Positions 40,997-56,331 of a stretch of DNA of 64,000 nt are shown one piece after another. Location: contig CM022676.1 of the NCBI GenBank assembly GCA_012295275.1, positions 17,794,001-17,858,000 on the forward strand, read 5' to 3'. Both the position numbers and the translations under genes were made by a program. Below the pieces are notes generated by a model. That model saw nothing but the letters and a program-made list of their open reading frames with translations, was not told where the DNA came from and made no database searches. The stretch comes from Chrysomallon squamiferum. Lineage: Eukaryota; Animalia; Mollusca. Positions within the stretch are counted from its first letter, which is position 1, and each line of letters opens with the position of its first letter.

Positions 40997-41785
40997 GATA
41001 GAATAATAATATAAAGTGTCTTCCCTCCTTTCCTTCTTTTACGCCCTTCTTTGCTTTTTTCCTTCCTTCCGTACTTTCTTTCTTCCTTTGTCCCTGCCTT
41101 CTTATTTAACTTCCTTGTTGCTCTATCAGCCGTTCCAACCAGTATATAAAATCTTATAGCATTTGCTTTCACCTACAATGAGAAACATAAAAAACATTAT
41201 CGCTGTATTGCTATACGTTTGACCAACTGACCATTATGCTGTAATTATTTCAAGTATATTTAAATGTTCTATTTGCTTCGATACAACAGAGAAATAGGAT
41301 CTCTTAACTCGAACTACGTAGGACACTGACTACTATATTTATCTTCACATAAACTATCCGAAAAGGCCACTGCAGTAATAAATCCACAGAAGTTTAGTCA
41401 AAGTACCGTAAACGTGATTGAGAATGTCTAGTGAGTTAAGACACTGCTCGAATGTGGTGCTCTCTCAAATATGGAGGAAAGTAACGCTGAGCCACGATCT
41501 CGGAAGTCGATAATTGATAATTCTCTCCTTATCTTAACGGTAAAGACTTACATTTTTGTAAACACCAGAATTCCTTAAAGTTAAAGACGTTTGTTTTATA
41601 CAACCACTAACTAAATATTGACCAGTGTATTTTGTTTGCTGATAAAGCCTGTTTAGTGTACTGCAGTTATGTTCTCGGGGTCAGATTTTGGGAGATATTT
41701 TTTGTTTCCAATAACTCTTGAACAATGAATAATATAACAAAAAATAATAAATGAATACAATAAAATAAATAACTAAATAAAAAAA

Positions 41786-41829
<44 letters not shown>

Positions 41830-42796
41830 AAATATCATTTTTTTAATTATAAGAACTATCGTGGACGACATTTAAATGACATAGTCTTACTTTAACAGTA
41901 CGAAAGATATCAGTTTCATTACTGTTACATCATTTGAATTTTGTTGAACTAATAAAAAAATGTATTAATTACTACATGTTTAACTAGCCTTATGAATAAT
42001 ATCTAAGATTTATAATGTCAGTTATAAAATTGCCTGGTATAATGACGTTCGCATTCTGAAGTAATGTATTTTTACACAAATGAAAACATTTTTCTTTCGT
42101 AAGAAATGTTTCTTCTCAGGGAATTACGACCACCGCCAAGTATAGCAATAACCATTATTTTGAGACGTGTTATGAATTACGATTAATGGATTTCTTACTG
42201 TGTTACGTCAACAGAAACACGTGGCAATTGAATTTACATCTATATTTGATTACAAAACATAATACAGCGATCCTACCATTGTAGAATGACTTCTACGATA
42301 TTTGATTTCAGTCACGTTTTTATGAACAGACGGTTTTGCCGACAGCAAACAGAAAGTTGTGAGTTTCGGGAAAACAACTCAGACAAGGACCCGTTTAACA
42401 CAAGCAGCAACCATTTTGAAATTTTAAGGTATTTGATATTTTATTCAGATTTAAATTATTTGTATCTATTAATTTGTTTCAAGAAATCAGGCATAATTAG
42501 TACTGTAAAGTATTTTATCATTGTCATAAATTATTGTGTGAAATTTGTTAAATAAGTTGGTACAACGTATACAGTTATTTTTTTTTTTTTTTTAATTAAT
42601 GTAATATTGTTTATCTGTCTGGGATAGACGTTTCTGTTTATAATAATAATTCCATTATTATCATCATCATCAACATCGTTAATAGCATAGCATCATCATG
42701 GTCATCATATTGTTATCATTCTAACATATTTGTATGTACTATTTACATCTTATGCCATATTTTTTGATATATCTGATTATTTATTTATATACTTGT

Positions 42797-42831
<35 letters not shown>

Positions 42832-42985
42832 TTATTTTAATGAATATCTAATCTCATTAATCTATAATAGAAAGTAGTCGTTCTATGAAATTACCGATCA
42901 AGAAGTTTTCCAGGTCGGAAACGATATACTTCTAAATTAATAGTTATACTTGTTTTTCCTGTTTTTAAGTTATTATTATTATAAC

Positions 42986-43046
<61 letters not shown>

Positions 43047-43184
43047 TTATAACAGAGCTGTAAACAATTCAATCTGATAAGACTACATTATTTTGTATTT
43101 ACTTATTGATTTTTTGATTGATTTATTTAATTATTTATTTATTTTAAAGAAAAATGTATTTAAGTAGAGTGTACATGATTTTTT

Positions 43185-43335
43185 TATTTTAATCTGACAT
43201 TCAAACCTGAGAAGTGACACTTGATGACGTAAAGATATTTGACGTCAGTCACGTGTTTATCAGTGGATAAAAGTAAACAAAGCAAAAGTGAAACAAATCG
43301 GCCATATTGAAAGCGGATGATATTTTATAATTTAT
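43185..43335 (+). promoter_or_regulatory. Putative promoter / first exon of BTB copy 3
   Basis: Paralog of 1775-1935 with the same motif order. A related block ending in AAG|GTATTT lies at about 42300-42435. Confidence 0.4.
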
Positions 43336-43414
43336 TATGTTTTAACGATTCGAGTGTTCTAAGTAGACCTCGAAAATATAATACTAATATTATCTATATA
43401 GTTGTACTATTATC

Positions 43415-43449
<35 letters not shown>

Positions 43450-44626
43450 ATTATTAGAAGTAATTTGGTTGTGTAATTTCGTCGTTATTGAAATTATTAA
43501 TCTGTTCAAAATTGTAGACAAATATACATATTTTCACTCTTTATTTGCAGCACTTTGGTGCAAACTGTATTAACAGTGAATCTGACAGATCGTCCTAAAT
43601 GCAGGGTTATATCTTTGTGTCTTGTGTCGCAGTTTTTAATACCTGTCTGCGAGTTGCTTCAGAGAATTAAGACATATACACGGAAAATAAGAAATTCTAG
43701 TATGCTATTATTATTACTACTACTACAACAACAACTACTACTACTACTATTACTACTACTATTATTATTACTACAACTACTGCTAATCTACTATAGCTAC
43801 TTTTCGACAGCTTTTTCTCTATATTCCATATTTCAATTCATTTTATTTTTAGATCGGTTATAGTAGAAACATTAAACAGAAGGTAGTCGCTTATAAGAAA
43901 TTATCGACCAGCAAGTTCTTAGCTATATTGTAATTGCACGGTACTTTATATTGTTTTCTACTTTAAAAATATTGCATCTTGTTCCTGTACTTTTTTTCAA
44001 TTTTCGTATGTTCTTTTTTACATAATGTTTATTTTTAAATTTGTAACTGTCGGGTAATTTTGTTGTCTTTTGCAGGAGTAAATGGTATAAATGATGATAA
44101 GTACAGTGCGATTTGAAACTGTTTGTCCTATAGTGAAAATTTTTACCTGACTGTGACCACACATCTATGTCTATAATAATACTAATTATAATAATAACTG
44201 TTGTTGTCATCATCATCATAATATTCATTAGTATAAGCCTAATATACTTTATCTTATTTTTTGTGAATTAACTGTACATTTATCTATCCGATTTCTTCAT
44301 TTTCTTATCTTTCATATATAAATATGTCTGTGTGTGTGTATATATATATACTCATGTATTTGTTTATCATTATAATAATCGTTAATATAAGTACAATATA
44401 TTTATCTATCCTTTTTTTTTTTTTTTATTTATTTATTTATTTATTTTTTAGATCTGTGATCCCAATCCTCAACCGTAGAGCGTTAAACAGAATCTAGTCT
44501 ATTGTTAGAAATTATGTTACATTCTGTTTTCATAGAGAGATGTTTGATATATATATAACAAACTGATGAGTACAATTATTATTGTTGTTGTTGTTATTGC
44601 TGCTATTGTTTCCTTGTAGTCAAAAC

Positions 44627-46195
44627 ATGGCCACTTTAGTTGGAATCTCAAGTTGGCAGATAGGAAAAAATATAATGGAATGCATTGAACACGTTTTTCG
44701 TACAAGAACAGACAGCGACATCAGATTTTTGGTTGGAGAACATAAAACGGCGGTAGATGCTCATCAATTCATACTCATCATACGAAGCGAGGTTTTCCAT
44801 CAGATGTTCACAGGAGAACTTCGCGAACAAAGTGATATACTTTTACCCGAAGTGGAATCAGACATTTTCACAGAATTTTTAAAGTATGTTAAAACATGCA
44901 CACACACACACTCACACTCACACATATGAACTCAAGCGCAAACGCAAACACACACACACACACACTTACACTGAAAGACAGAGGTACACGTATGAATAGA
45001 GGGATGAAAGTTATATAAAGAGAAACGATACAATTTTTGTTAGTATTTTAGTTATTTTGTAATTAATTAATCTCCCATAATTCTCTCTTGTTTCAAAGCC
45101 TAACTATACATTCTTTTGCACAGATATCTTTATACGGATGACGTCGTCCTAACAGGCAACAACGTCATCGGTCTGCTGTATCTATCGAGGAAGTACATCA
45201 TCACACCACTGGAACAGCAATGTTTGTCATTCATGGAGTCATCGTTGTCGTCACAGAATGCATGCGTGGTGCTGGAAGAAGCTCACCTGTTTGATGAACT
45301 TGATCTAATGAGAAAAACTCTGCTCTACATTTGGAAAAATGGCGACGAAGTTTTGAAGTCAGATGAAGTCACCGATCTTTGTCACGAATGTCTGGTTGAG
45401 ATCATACGATCAGACGAACTGACAGCAGACGAGGAAAATGTTTTTGAAGCCGCTGTGAAGTGGGCTCACAGCGCGTGCAGGAAGCAAGGGAAGCAGACTA
45501 GTGGAGAAAACGTGCGCGAGGCACTGGGAGAGGTCGTGAAGCACGTGCGTTATCCATTACTCGATCAGACATATTTTGTAAAATACGTGACACCCACTAT
45601 CATACTGACTGAAACAGAAGAAAAGAAAATTTTGAAACAGTGGGTGAAAAGTGGGGAAGATGTTTCACCTTTTAACTCAAACATGAGAACTGGAGTGATT
45701 CGTAACAAACAGATTACCATAAACCGGCTTATTAGACTACGTGGTTACTACTGGCGATATTCTGGTAAAGAAGATGACGCCATTACTTTCTGTGTCAACA
45801 GAAACGCTTTACTTCGCGGATTTCAGTTGTTCGGTTCCTCTACGCCACGAAACTACGACGTCAGCGTTTTCATCACTGACACAAGAACAGACGAAATACT
45901 GGACGGGTCTACACTGACACAGAGATATGAACACGTCTTTGAAGTGTATGACGTCGTGTTCAGACGTCCAGTGAAAATTAGTAAAGACATTGAGTACAGC
46001 TTGTTTGTTGCTATTGAGGGACAATATACATGGCATGGAATTGATGGTAAATCACAAATTGTTGCAGACTCTTTTGTGTGTAGATTTTCAAAGTCAAAGC
46101 GACCTAAGCACAGTGACAGAAAAGTTCGTACACATGTGACACACGGACAAATACCTGCTTTGTTATTTTTAATGGAAGAAAAAACATCGTCCTAA
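44627..46195 (+). CDS. BTB-BACK-PHR domain protein, copy 3, about 442 aa
   Basis: Exons 44627-44883 and 45124-46195, 1329 nt open, same intron position and motifs as copy 2. An acceptor (TTGTAG) just upstream of the ATG implies a 5' UTR exon. Confidence 0.93.
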
Positions 46196-46451
46196 TAGTG
46201 ACAGTTTTTGTCATAAGTAAGGTGATAGTTTTATTTTTGTTTGTTTCCTTTAGATGTGTTTATTTATTTATTTATGTATTTATTATTTATTTATTCATTT
46301 ATATATTTATTTATATCTCTTTACTTTTTTATTTCCAATGACGTCGGACCACTGTGATGAAGATATAGACAGTTCATTTGATTTGAAACTGTTCTTTTTA
46401 ATGGATTGATTTCTGTCAAAGAGATATGTATATAAACTTCTCATTGTTTTA

Positions 46452-46487
<36 letters not shown>

Positions 46488-47093
46488 TATCATTTGAGCA
46501 GTTATGCTAAATTATACACGTGTTTTCAATTTTAGTACATATGAAATAGGCATGCAAATATAATATTTTGAGTTTATTGGACATTTTATTTATTTCGCTG
46601 TGACACACACACACATATATGTATAGTAATATTATTAATAATATGTAGAAACATTGTATATGTACTGACTGTTGGATATGACAATAAAAACTGTTATTTG
46701 ATTTATTTATCCATTTTCTTTTATTAAGGTTTATATAAAAATATGGAAGTAAATTATATTAAGATTAGTGTTTATTAGACATAAAATTAGCAGCTGTTTG
46801 CTTATTTATTTATCTGTAAGATGTAAATAAACGAAAGGCAGATAAGGAAATAAATTTGTATTTGTATCATGCATTTATCCTTGGTTTATTACTTGTATTT
46901 AATTTGTGTTTCAAATATAAACAAACAAATTATAAAAATATACAAGCAAATTCTTGAATTATTACTATTTACTTTTTGATATTTTTTCTTTCTTTTCTGC
47001 ACACACTGTGTAATAGAAAAAATTGTAAAATAATAACTGATGTTGTCAGACAGGATTCCAGAGCAGATCCTGTAACTGTGCTCTCTCTTTCTC

Positions 47094-47144
<51 letters not shown>

Positions 47145-47512
47145 CCCCCTCCCGCGTAAGAAATTACGGAAGCTATCATTAATATATTATGAACAAAGCT
47201 TTGACTAATCAGGATGCTCTCTACTTTGGATACCGGGTACAGTTGATGCAGTAATTAGCATCGCCAGTAACGGCACACAATATTTCAAGTGTGATCACTT
47301 TTTAAACAAGGACGGCTGTTTGCATGTAAATAGGCTACCGCGTGCTCGAGATGAAATGATCTCACTTTTTGAAGTCTTAATAAACAATGATGTCATGTTT
47401 TTTGTTGAAGCTAAATGAAGAAGATTATTATTAGTGTGTTCGTACCTAAATGAAATAACTCATTTAGATTTGTTGTCAAAGCCAGACGTCTGCAGAAATG
47501 CGTGTAACGCAC

Positions 47513-47579
<67 letters not shown>

Positions 47580-49019
47580 CTTATAGGCAAGATCAAGCTT
47601 TACATGAAATTACTCGTTCTGAAATAACTATCTGTCTCAACAATTTCCAGTTGAATTTGACAGCTACATGTAGTGTGATGTATACAAAACCGCTTTTTTA
47701 ATATCAAATTTGTTTTTAAAACTTGGTTTCTGAGGGACACAAAGACAACACAGCTGTTAGTGACCCTCAGTTTGCTTTATCTGCTGTTATTAGACTTCAT
47801 AATCTTTCAGTCTAATTCTGAACTCAAACTAAGATATTGTTCAAATGAATATAGAAATCATTAATTCTATTTTTAATTAGAAAAAAGCCTTGGTAATGGA
47901 ATGACTTATTCGTTTGCTTGTATTAATTTTTTCGTACATAAGTTCACATTCTGTGGATCAAATATATGCCTCACTCAATAATCATTAATTCAGTTATAAG
48001 AAACGTCACATACACACACGCAGTAGTTTATTATTGGGAATTTTTTTCTCAAACACTAAATGAGGTGTACCTATTCAGTCTTTTCTTTTATTTATACTAG
48101 CAACACCAATAATCAAATAAATAAATAAATAAATGTTTTCAATATTACCGAATTTTTAGTGCGCATCAGTTTTCCAAGCTGTAAGAAACGAGTCAAGTTT
48201 AAAACGTCACACCTCTCTTCAAAATCAATAGTATGACGTCACAGATGTATTCAGTAACAGAACTGCTTGTGACTGCGTGAAATGTGAGTCTTGACAAGTT
48301 TAAACTGCATCATTATTTACTCATGTGTGAGTGTGTTTGTCCATAGTTGTCTGTATATTTGTGCATGTTTCTATCTATGAGTTTGTGTTTACACACACAT
48401 ACACACACAAACATACACTTTATATATTCAATAGTCATGAATATGTGTGTTTCATATTTGTGTGTATGTGTATTTAGATGTGAGAATAGATAATATTCAC
48501 TTAATTTACACTGCACATTTTTTCAACTTGATTTTAATTAATAAATAAAAAAACATATACATTAATAAATTAACTAACCAACTAACTAACAAAACAAATA
48601 AATAAATAAATAAATAAATCAACAAACAAACAAGGAAATAAATAAATAGACAATATCAGATCCCAGGAAGTATTATAACGTATTACAAGTACTAATTATT
48701 AGTGAGCGGTGTTATGCACATTTAAGGCAAATCTTAAACACATTTTAAACATCACATCAACTTTGGTGTTAGCGTTTTCTGAATTTCACATCACTTAAAA
48801 CTGAACAAGAGTTCATCCTATTGGAATTACACGTGTGAACTAAATGGGGATTATTAAGGAAATACAGTGAAGTTGTTCATGTAAATTTCGAAGATCGGAA
48901 AACAAGACAAAAATTGTCTTTTTCCTCCCCAAGTTATCTGACAACAATATCATCTGCACATTATTCTGGTATATCTTGTGTTATACAAAGAAGAAATAGG
49001 AAAAATTCAAATTCGCAAC

Positions 49020-50478
49020 ATGAACAATTTCCACTTGATAATTTTTCTATTTGCTCTGTTGTGTATTTGGAACTTTCCTGAAGGTAAGATAATGAAACAG
49101 TTTTGCTGTTTTATAGACTTTATTTTATTCTATGCTATTTCATTGATTCGTTCATTCATCTAATCAGTTTGCGTGTTTCTTTATTTATTTATGTGACTGT
49201 TTATTTAACTGTTTATTTATTTATTTATTTTATTTATTAATATAATTTAATTTTAAATTTGTTTCTGTGAGTTTTTCAGTTAACATATATTTTAACTTAT
49301 TATGTGAAACATTCTATTATTCCTTTTATAATATGAGTAATTGAGGTAATTCACTATTTAAATACTAATGGAAATCATTTTGTTTGTTATTATTCTAGGA
49401 GTCAAGTTTGGATGGTTTCAGTTGATACCTGTACTAAAAGGTGAAATGAGTCAAAGAATCTAAATTCTGATATAAAGTTTGTACATAAAACACAAACAGA
49501 TGACAGTATTGAGATTTTGAAACTGCTGATATATGTGTGTTACAGTGTACAGAGACGAGACACGTGTAGCTGTAACAGTACACAAAGTTACACTTGTCAG
49601 TGCAGGGCTAAGACAAACTAAGCTAGCAGCGATATTAAAGACAACACAGTTTACAAGAATCACACAACTGAAAATGACCGTGGAATCTGGTTTTGTGGAT
49701 CTGATCAACTTGAAGTGTGGAATTAACCAGAAGTTGCTGTCCTGCGTAAGTTTACTTTTTTTTCTAGTGTACTTCTTTAAATTCATAAATAAATCAATTC
49801 ATTAATGAAGTAACACATATTTACTTCTTCATTTATGTTGTTTACAAGTTTTGCTCTTTCACTATTATTTCATTTTAAATTTTGACAGAAAGTTTATAAG
49901 AAGTAAAACACTGGTACTAATGATATAAATAAATGAATATATATATATATATCTTATTATTATTATTATTATTTTTTTACATTTGATTTTACGGTCTAAT
50001 GGGGGTGGGGAGCACCGAAAAATGTAAAGTCCGGGAAATACTGAACGTAAATTATTAACATTAAAACTCACCGAATGATTAATCTTTATTACACATAACA
50101 ACTATATAATACATTAATATAATAATGTAAAAACACAGATATACAAAAACAACGTAAAAAAAGATATGTGATTGTTATAAAAGTTTAAGGTATGATGTAA
50201 AATAAATATTTACATAAGTTTAACTGCCGTCACCATGTCTTAGACGTGTCCACCTCCTCTTAAAGTCAATGGTTGATTCTGTTACATTTCCTGGCTTTTA
50301 TATTTATTTTTATTTATTTACTTATTTTAATTTAGTGGTTTGTAGCTTGCTTTATTATATAATCAGGTTGTCAAAGCCGTATTCACTTCTGCCACTTGCA
50401 TTCGTCAAAATCTGACAATTTCATGTTAATTTCTTACAACTCTCATACAGCGGGTGTTCACTATCATATTACAGTTTT

Positions 50479-50521
<43 letters not shown>

Positions 50522-51193
50522 TTGGTTTTATTATTATGATTTATTATTAATTTTTAACTTCTCGCTGTCTTTTATGCACGAAATTTCACAAATCGTATAA
50601 AACGACTGGAGGAAAAATTCGAACGCACTGTAAAGTTTCAGTGAACAAACAATGATTAAAAATTACTAGAACTGTTACTGTTCTGCTGTTCATCTGGCGA
50701 TCAAAAAGTTACTAAATATAAAAATAACATTATTATTATTACTACTACTACTATTACTACTACTACTACTACTACTATATTTCATCTACAAATCCTGGTT
50801 TAGCACTGTATTCCTGGACGGCTGTCATCAATCAAACTTTCTCATTTGTTTGTTCTGTTATTGGAAATATTTATAAAGAAGATATCGCATTTAAGCGAGG
50901 GTATAAGAGCATTTGTACATGTACATATAAAACACAAATATGTAAAACACACAAAGATTCGACAGATAAATACGGATGTAAGTTTGTATAAACAAGAAAT
51001 AAAACTTTAAAGACAGTGACAAGTTATTTAACGAGTTACAGTTTCAGAGTATCTTCAATTTCTATGAACAATTCTAAGAGATGGACATGCAGCAGTGATA
51101 AATATAAGACCAACCCCATTACACCAACACGTGAGTACTGTACTTTTATTATTATCATTATTGTTATTATTATTATTATCGTCATCATCATCA

Positions 51194-51224
<31 letters not shown>

Positions 51225-52417
51225 GATCATTATTATTATTATTAGTAGTAGAAGTAGTAGTATTATCATTATTATTATTGTTATTATTATTATTATCATC
51301 ATCATCATTATTATTATTAGTAGTAGTAGTATGCGTAGTAATTGTAGCAGTAACAGTAGTAGTAGTAGTAGTAGTAATTGTAGCAGTAATAGTAGTAGTA
51401 ATAGTGACAGTAATAGTAATAAATAAATAATGAATAAATAAATAAATAACATATTTAAACCAACAAACAACAGCTATATAAACAAACACAACACTTGAAA
51501 ATATTTGTGTCTTGTTCAGAGAGCAGATTACAAATTATTTTAACTATCCCAACCACTTCAAAGCCATCAGAATAACTTGTATATTTTCGGCAACAACAAC
51601 AACAACGATGATAAAGATGATATACTAAAGGAGTGAAATAAAAAAATGATTAAACAAATAAACAATAATATAGACGGAATGAATGATCTAATCGTGTTTG
51701 TTATCTGTCTGTAAATAAGTTAATAAGTAAGTAAATAAAAACTAAATAAATAAATAAACAAACAAAACAAAATAAAATAAAATAAAATAAAAATATTGCA
51801 AATATAGCTTTCCAAAATATTATTAATAATCCATTTTTAAAGTAATTTGTTTGAATTTTCCTCGGCCACTGATGCAACTGTCTCTCTCTAAATATAATCC
51901 AAATTTCTGTTCTCCGTTTGACTTTCATTTTCATCTTTTTGTTGCTGTTCTCATTTATTTTAAAACTATTTTAAACAGATCGAGTCTTGACTTTAATTAC
52001 GCTCTCTCTGTTATATTTACTGAATAACATTGTAAACGCGTCACCAGTTGATGGATAAGTACGCTAACGGCGTATACACTCTGCATAACAATAATAGCAA
52101 TGATGATGATGACGACGACAACAAGAACAACAAGAGCAGCAGCAACAACAACAACAACAATAATAATAGTTACATAATGACATTTAAAACACTGTAAATG
52201 ATCAGACTGATGAATTGTTTTCGACAGATTTAAAAAAAATGGAGGAAGTTGAAGGGTTCAGTTTTGATTCTAAATATGATGAACACAACAATCACAATAC
52301 ATCAGCAGAGGATCTAGACTCAATTATAGGGGAGTATCACATTTAGAGTGTTGATAAATCTACACATGTCATATCAGAACACTGACAGGACAGTGTGGAC
52401 GGACATAATCTAAAGCC

Positions 52418-52420
<3 letters not shown>
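49020..52420 (+). pseudogene. Decayed Ig-receptor paralog
   Basis: Intact 64-nt signal exon 49020-49083 (MNNFHLIIFLFALLCIWNFPE G|GTAAG). Exon 49399-49745 reads ..CYSVQRRDTCSCNSTQSYTCQC..DRGIWFC with stops and a frameshift. Exon about 50791-51130 reads ..FSFVCSV..DIAFKRG..YSFRV..KRWTC with a frameshift, a stop and a lost acceptor. A stop-ridden acidic exon lies at about 52228-52420. The 3' flank 53040-54140 is homologous to 32600-33810 behind the intact receptor. Confidence 0.72.
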
Positions 52421-52508
<88 letters not shown>

Positions 52509-53384
52509 TAATAACAATAAGGAGAAGAAGAACAACAACAACTACAATAGTAGTAGTAGTTGCAGTAGTAACAATAATGATGATGATGACAATGATAATA
52601 ATAATAATGACAGCAATAATAACAACAATCAAAGTTAAAAGAATATGTAAAAATAAAATCTACACCGATAATATTAATAATAACAATAACAACAACAACA
52701 ACAGCAATAGCACCGACAACAAGAGAACAACAGAAATATTAAAACAATAGCACATTTTTAGAAATTCATATTTTTCACCCACTCTCCCTAAGTCCCTGCC
52801 ATGCAAGTTGTTAGATCCGGTCCTAGTGTGTTCCTAGTTATCTTTCTCTTTGTGTCATTGTTTTATTAGAAACAGCAGGAAATTAGAGACGTATCAGTGC
52901 TACACTGGCTGTACAGTAACATATCTACATACAATACTTTGTTGCATGTCTTTTGCATTTTAAAAGATTTTTTTAAAATAATATTGTGATTGTTATTTGA
53001 GATAAAATGAATCACGCGATTAACGTTTTTCTTTTAATGCTTCTTGCTCATCATTCTTTAGCACGTTAATAACACATCGTTTATTTATTACTAGTTGCAG
53101 TAATAATAGAAGTAATAATAGTGTAGATAATAGTAGTATTAGTGGTAGTAGCACTAGTATTAGAGCAAATAGCAGTTTTGATTGTAATGACAGTAGCAGT
53201 AGTAGTAGAAGTTGTAGTAGCAGTAACAGCGGTATTAGTAATGGTCTTAGCAACATCATAAGTGTCGTGGTAGTAGAGGCAGCTGTTGTTGGTGTGGAAA
53301 TTGTAGATCTAATATCATAGTAGTGGTTATTATACTTTTTGTAGTTCTACAACCTATTGTTGCCGGAGTAGTCGTAGGAGTAAT

Positions 53385-53427
<43 letters not shown>

Positions 53428-53620
53428 CTTCAGGTTAAACTAAACATGAGAGGAAAAGTACGTGATTGTAATATTATTATGTTGATATATCTGATGAATT
53501 TTCACGTCGACTTTCTCTGGCTTTATTTCAATCTTTATTTCCAAAGAATCAACGGGAACGTAAAAAAAAAAAAAAAAAATATAATAATAATAAAAATAAA
53601 TAAATTAATTAATTAATAGA

Positions 53621-53671
<51 letters not shown>

Positions 53672-54438
53672 ATAGTAAATAAATAAATAAAAATCATAGA
53701 ACTGTATTTGCTGGACAGACGTAGGAATTGCATTCAATTTCTTAAAGATGAAATTATTTAAATATGTTTCGCACAGTTATAGTTAGAGAGAAAAAATATA
53801 AAATTTATATTTATTTATTTATCTACTTATTTATTTATTTATTTATTGTAGTGAATTGTCATAGATTATTTTGAAATTTTGCACTATCATTCTATGTTTT
53901 TTTGAGTTCTGGAAAGAGGAAATGATATTATCGTAGACTGGTGTTTTAGTATTATTTAAAACAAGATATATTAAAACGTTAGCTTGCTTTTATAACTCAA
54001 CATTATGAGTGTTTTGAGATTCTGTCGCGTTTATCTGACAATGAGTTCAAGATCTATAAACAATGTAGTTCTGAGTTGTGGTTTTTAGTTTTCTAAAATA
54101 CATTTCCTATCGTACCTTTTGTAAATAAAATATTGATTTCACTTTATTATTATAATTATTATTATTATTATTATCATTACCAGTCCTACAACTATCACCA
54201 CTAACAAAAAAAGTTGGTTCAAGCATCATACTACTACTACTACTAGTACTATTACTACTACAACTACTAATATCAGTACATTACAACTGCGACAACTATC
54301 ACATTATTTCTGTCACAGCCCGTTCATTCTCTTGTTTGTTCAACTTCTATAGCTATCTCTACTGCTACAACTACTACGACGTCAGCAGTTACTATGACGA
54401 GATTACAAATGTAATTTTATATTTTCTGACTAACTCAC

Positions 54439-54753
54439 CCACTGTGACAAGTCTGGTAAAAAAAGTAGTCCCATTTAAACTGGTTACAAACACGGTAAGC
54501 ACGTGCTTTCCAATATCACTTTTGTTAGCGTAACGAAATAAAGGTGATATCACGTATCGAGTACACTTCACCTTCACGTTGTGGATGTTTACAGCAACGT
54601 CAACACTGCTGATTTTTCCTTGTTAACATTTCCCTTTTTGTTCACAGACATTGTTGGAACGGGAGAAAACAGTTTTGTTTAAGAAGACTGTTTGTCCTAG
54701 ATGAGCCACGACAAAATTATTTTGTTTTGAAGAATCCACGAGTACAGGGTGAA
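54439..54753 (-). pseudogene. Inverted Ig-like exon homologous to the membrane-proximal Ig exon (30154-30471)
   Basis: 315-nt phase 1-1 exon (TTTCAG|...G|GTGAGT) reading HPVLVDSS..LGQTVFLNKTVFS..*..ISSVDVAVNIHNVKV..YVIS..SDIGKHVLTV, which aligns by eye with PPSSVDTS..DGDSIILKKMIVS..INETDVSVKVYNKIV..YLIS..SERGLYILTV. One in-frame TAA. Confidence 0.62.
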
Positions 54754-55431
54754 CTGAAACGATAGAAATAATGAATGGAAGAATGAAGAATGAAAACATT
54801 TGAGAACATAACTAATGAATGGATCGATGTATGATAAATGGAAGAATTATCAGATGAATGAATAAAAGAACAAATCAAATAACCGCAGACTATTATGAAT
54901 CATGGTTGGGAGGATAAAAGATGAATAGAAAAAGAACAAGAAAAAATATCCACGTAACTGTTATATAACGCTCAGACAAAGACACACAAACAAACACAAA
55001 AATAATATACATATATACATAATCAGTAATTCAAAATTATTTAGTATTACAGATATTTAGACAAGTAGAATATTAATCAATTGAGTTTTGTTTCTATATC
55101 TGTTTCTTCTTTTCTTCTTTCTTTCTTTCTTTCATTCTTTATTATTTATTTATTATTGACTGATTAATTAACTGAATTTGAAAACATTCCCTTAGTTATG
55201 TTGTTTTACAAAAATATATTTAGAAAGAAAATAAATAAATAAATAAATGAACAAATAATTAAATAAATGATGATGATGATAAAAATAATAATAATGTTTT
55301 TAATAATAATAATAATGAATTTTGTTTCTGTGAGATCTTACCATCATTTTATTGTGTTAAATGCATCGTAATTACCATCATCATACAACCAAAACAAATT
55401 TATTACATCATGTGAAGAAATCCACGAAGGG

Positions 55432-56105
55432 TTAGCTAATAACTGTTTCGATGTCGTGTTGACGGACGCAAGCACGATCTCTGATGTCAAAAACCACGTG
55501 AATGGGACACGCCTGTACGTAGTAGAAGCCGTCAGGGCCGCAGTTGATGTATTTGTGCGGATCGCTTGGATGATGGTAGAATTCACCGCCTTGGGAACAC
55601 AGAAGACTGTAATCAAGAGAACTAGTTCCGTTTCCGGGAGAGTTCGTTGCGACGTAAAGAGAGCACATCTGAGCGTTCTGGTACCAGATGTCACCATGGC
55701 GACAGGACAGTAAGTGAGCGTAACCCCACGAGTCGCAGTAAATGAATTTACGTTTGTCTGGTGGATATGAGAAAAAGACGTTGCCGTTCACATTCTTTTC
55801 CGGAGTGCACGGATTAGAAACGTTGGATGGAGGTGCTTTCTTTATTTTTATTTTATTGTTTGACGTCTGTAGAATATTTTTCAAATCAATTTGCACACAC
55901 ACATACAATAAAATAATAAAGTAATAATAATTTAAAAAAAAATGAAAAACACAACAACAAAAAAAACAAACAACAACAACAACAAAAATAATAGAGGTAT
56001 ACAAATAATTACCTGTACTAAGATACTTTTTGTATTTACTCATCATAAAATCCAGCTTCGTATATTCCCGCTCAGTTCCGTGTTCTCTGCACACGACTTC
56101 CAAAC
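55432..56105 (-). pseudogene. 3' exons with two chitin-binding type-2 (CBM14/peritrophin-A-like) repeats, probably the tail of the lysozyme-like/vWA gene
   Basis: 93-nt exon 56105-56013, then an exon from about 55867 reading NPCT..FFSYPPDKRKFIYCDSWG..SC..GDIW..C and LC..FYHHPSDPHKYINC..QACP..VFD..AC. Splicing the two gives a phase mismatch and an early TAA, and the frame decays after 55432. Confidence 0.7.
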
Positions 56106-56331
56106 CTGTCAGTAACAATAGAACGTATAGACAGACAGACAAACAGACACACACACACATACAGACACATATACACACAAACAGAAACAATGTCTGTTTT
56201 GTATTACATAAAGTAATGAAGATAATGATGATAATGATATTGATGATCCTGATGATTATTGTAAGGATGAAGATTCTCAAGATGTTGGTGATGATGATAA
56301 TGATGATGATTGTAATGTCCAACTGACATAG

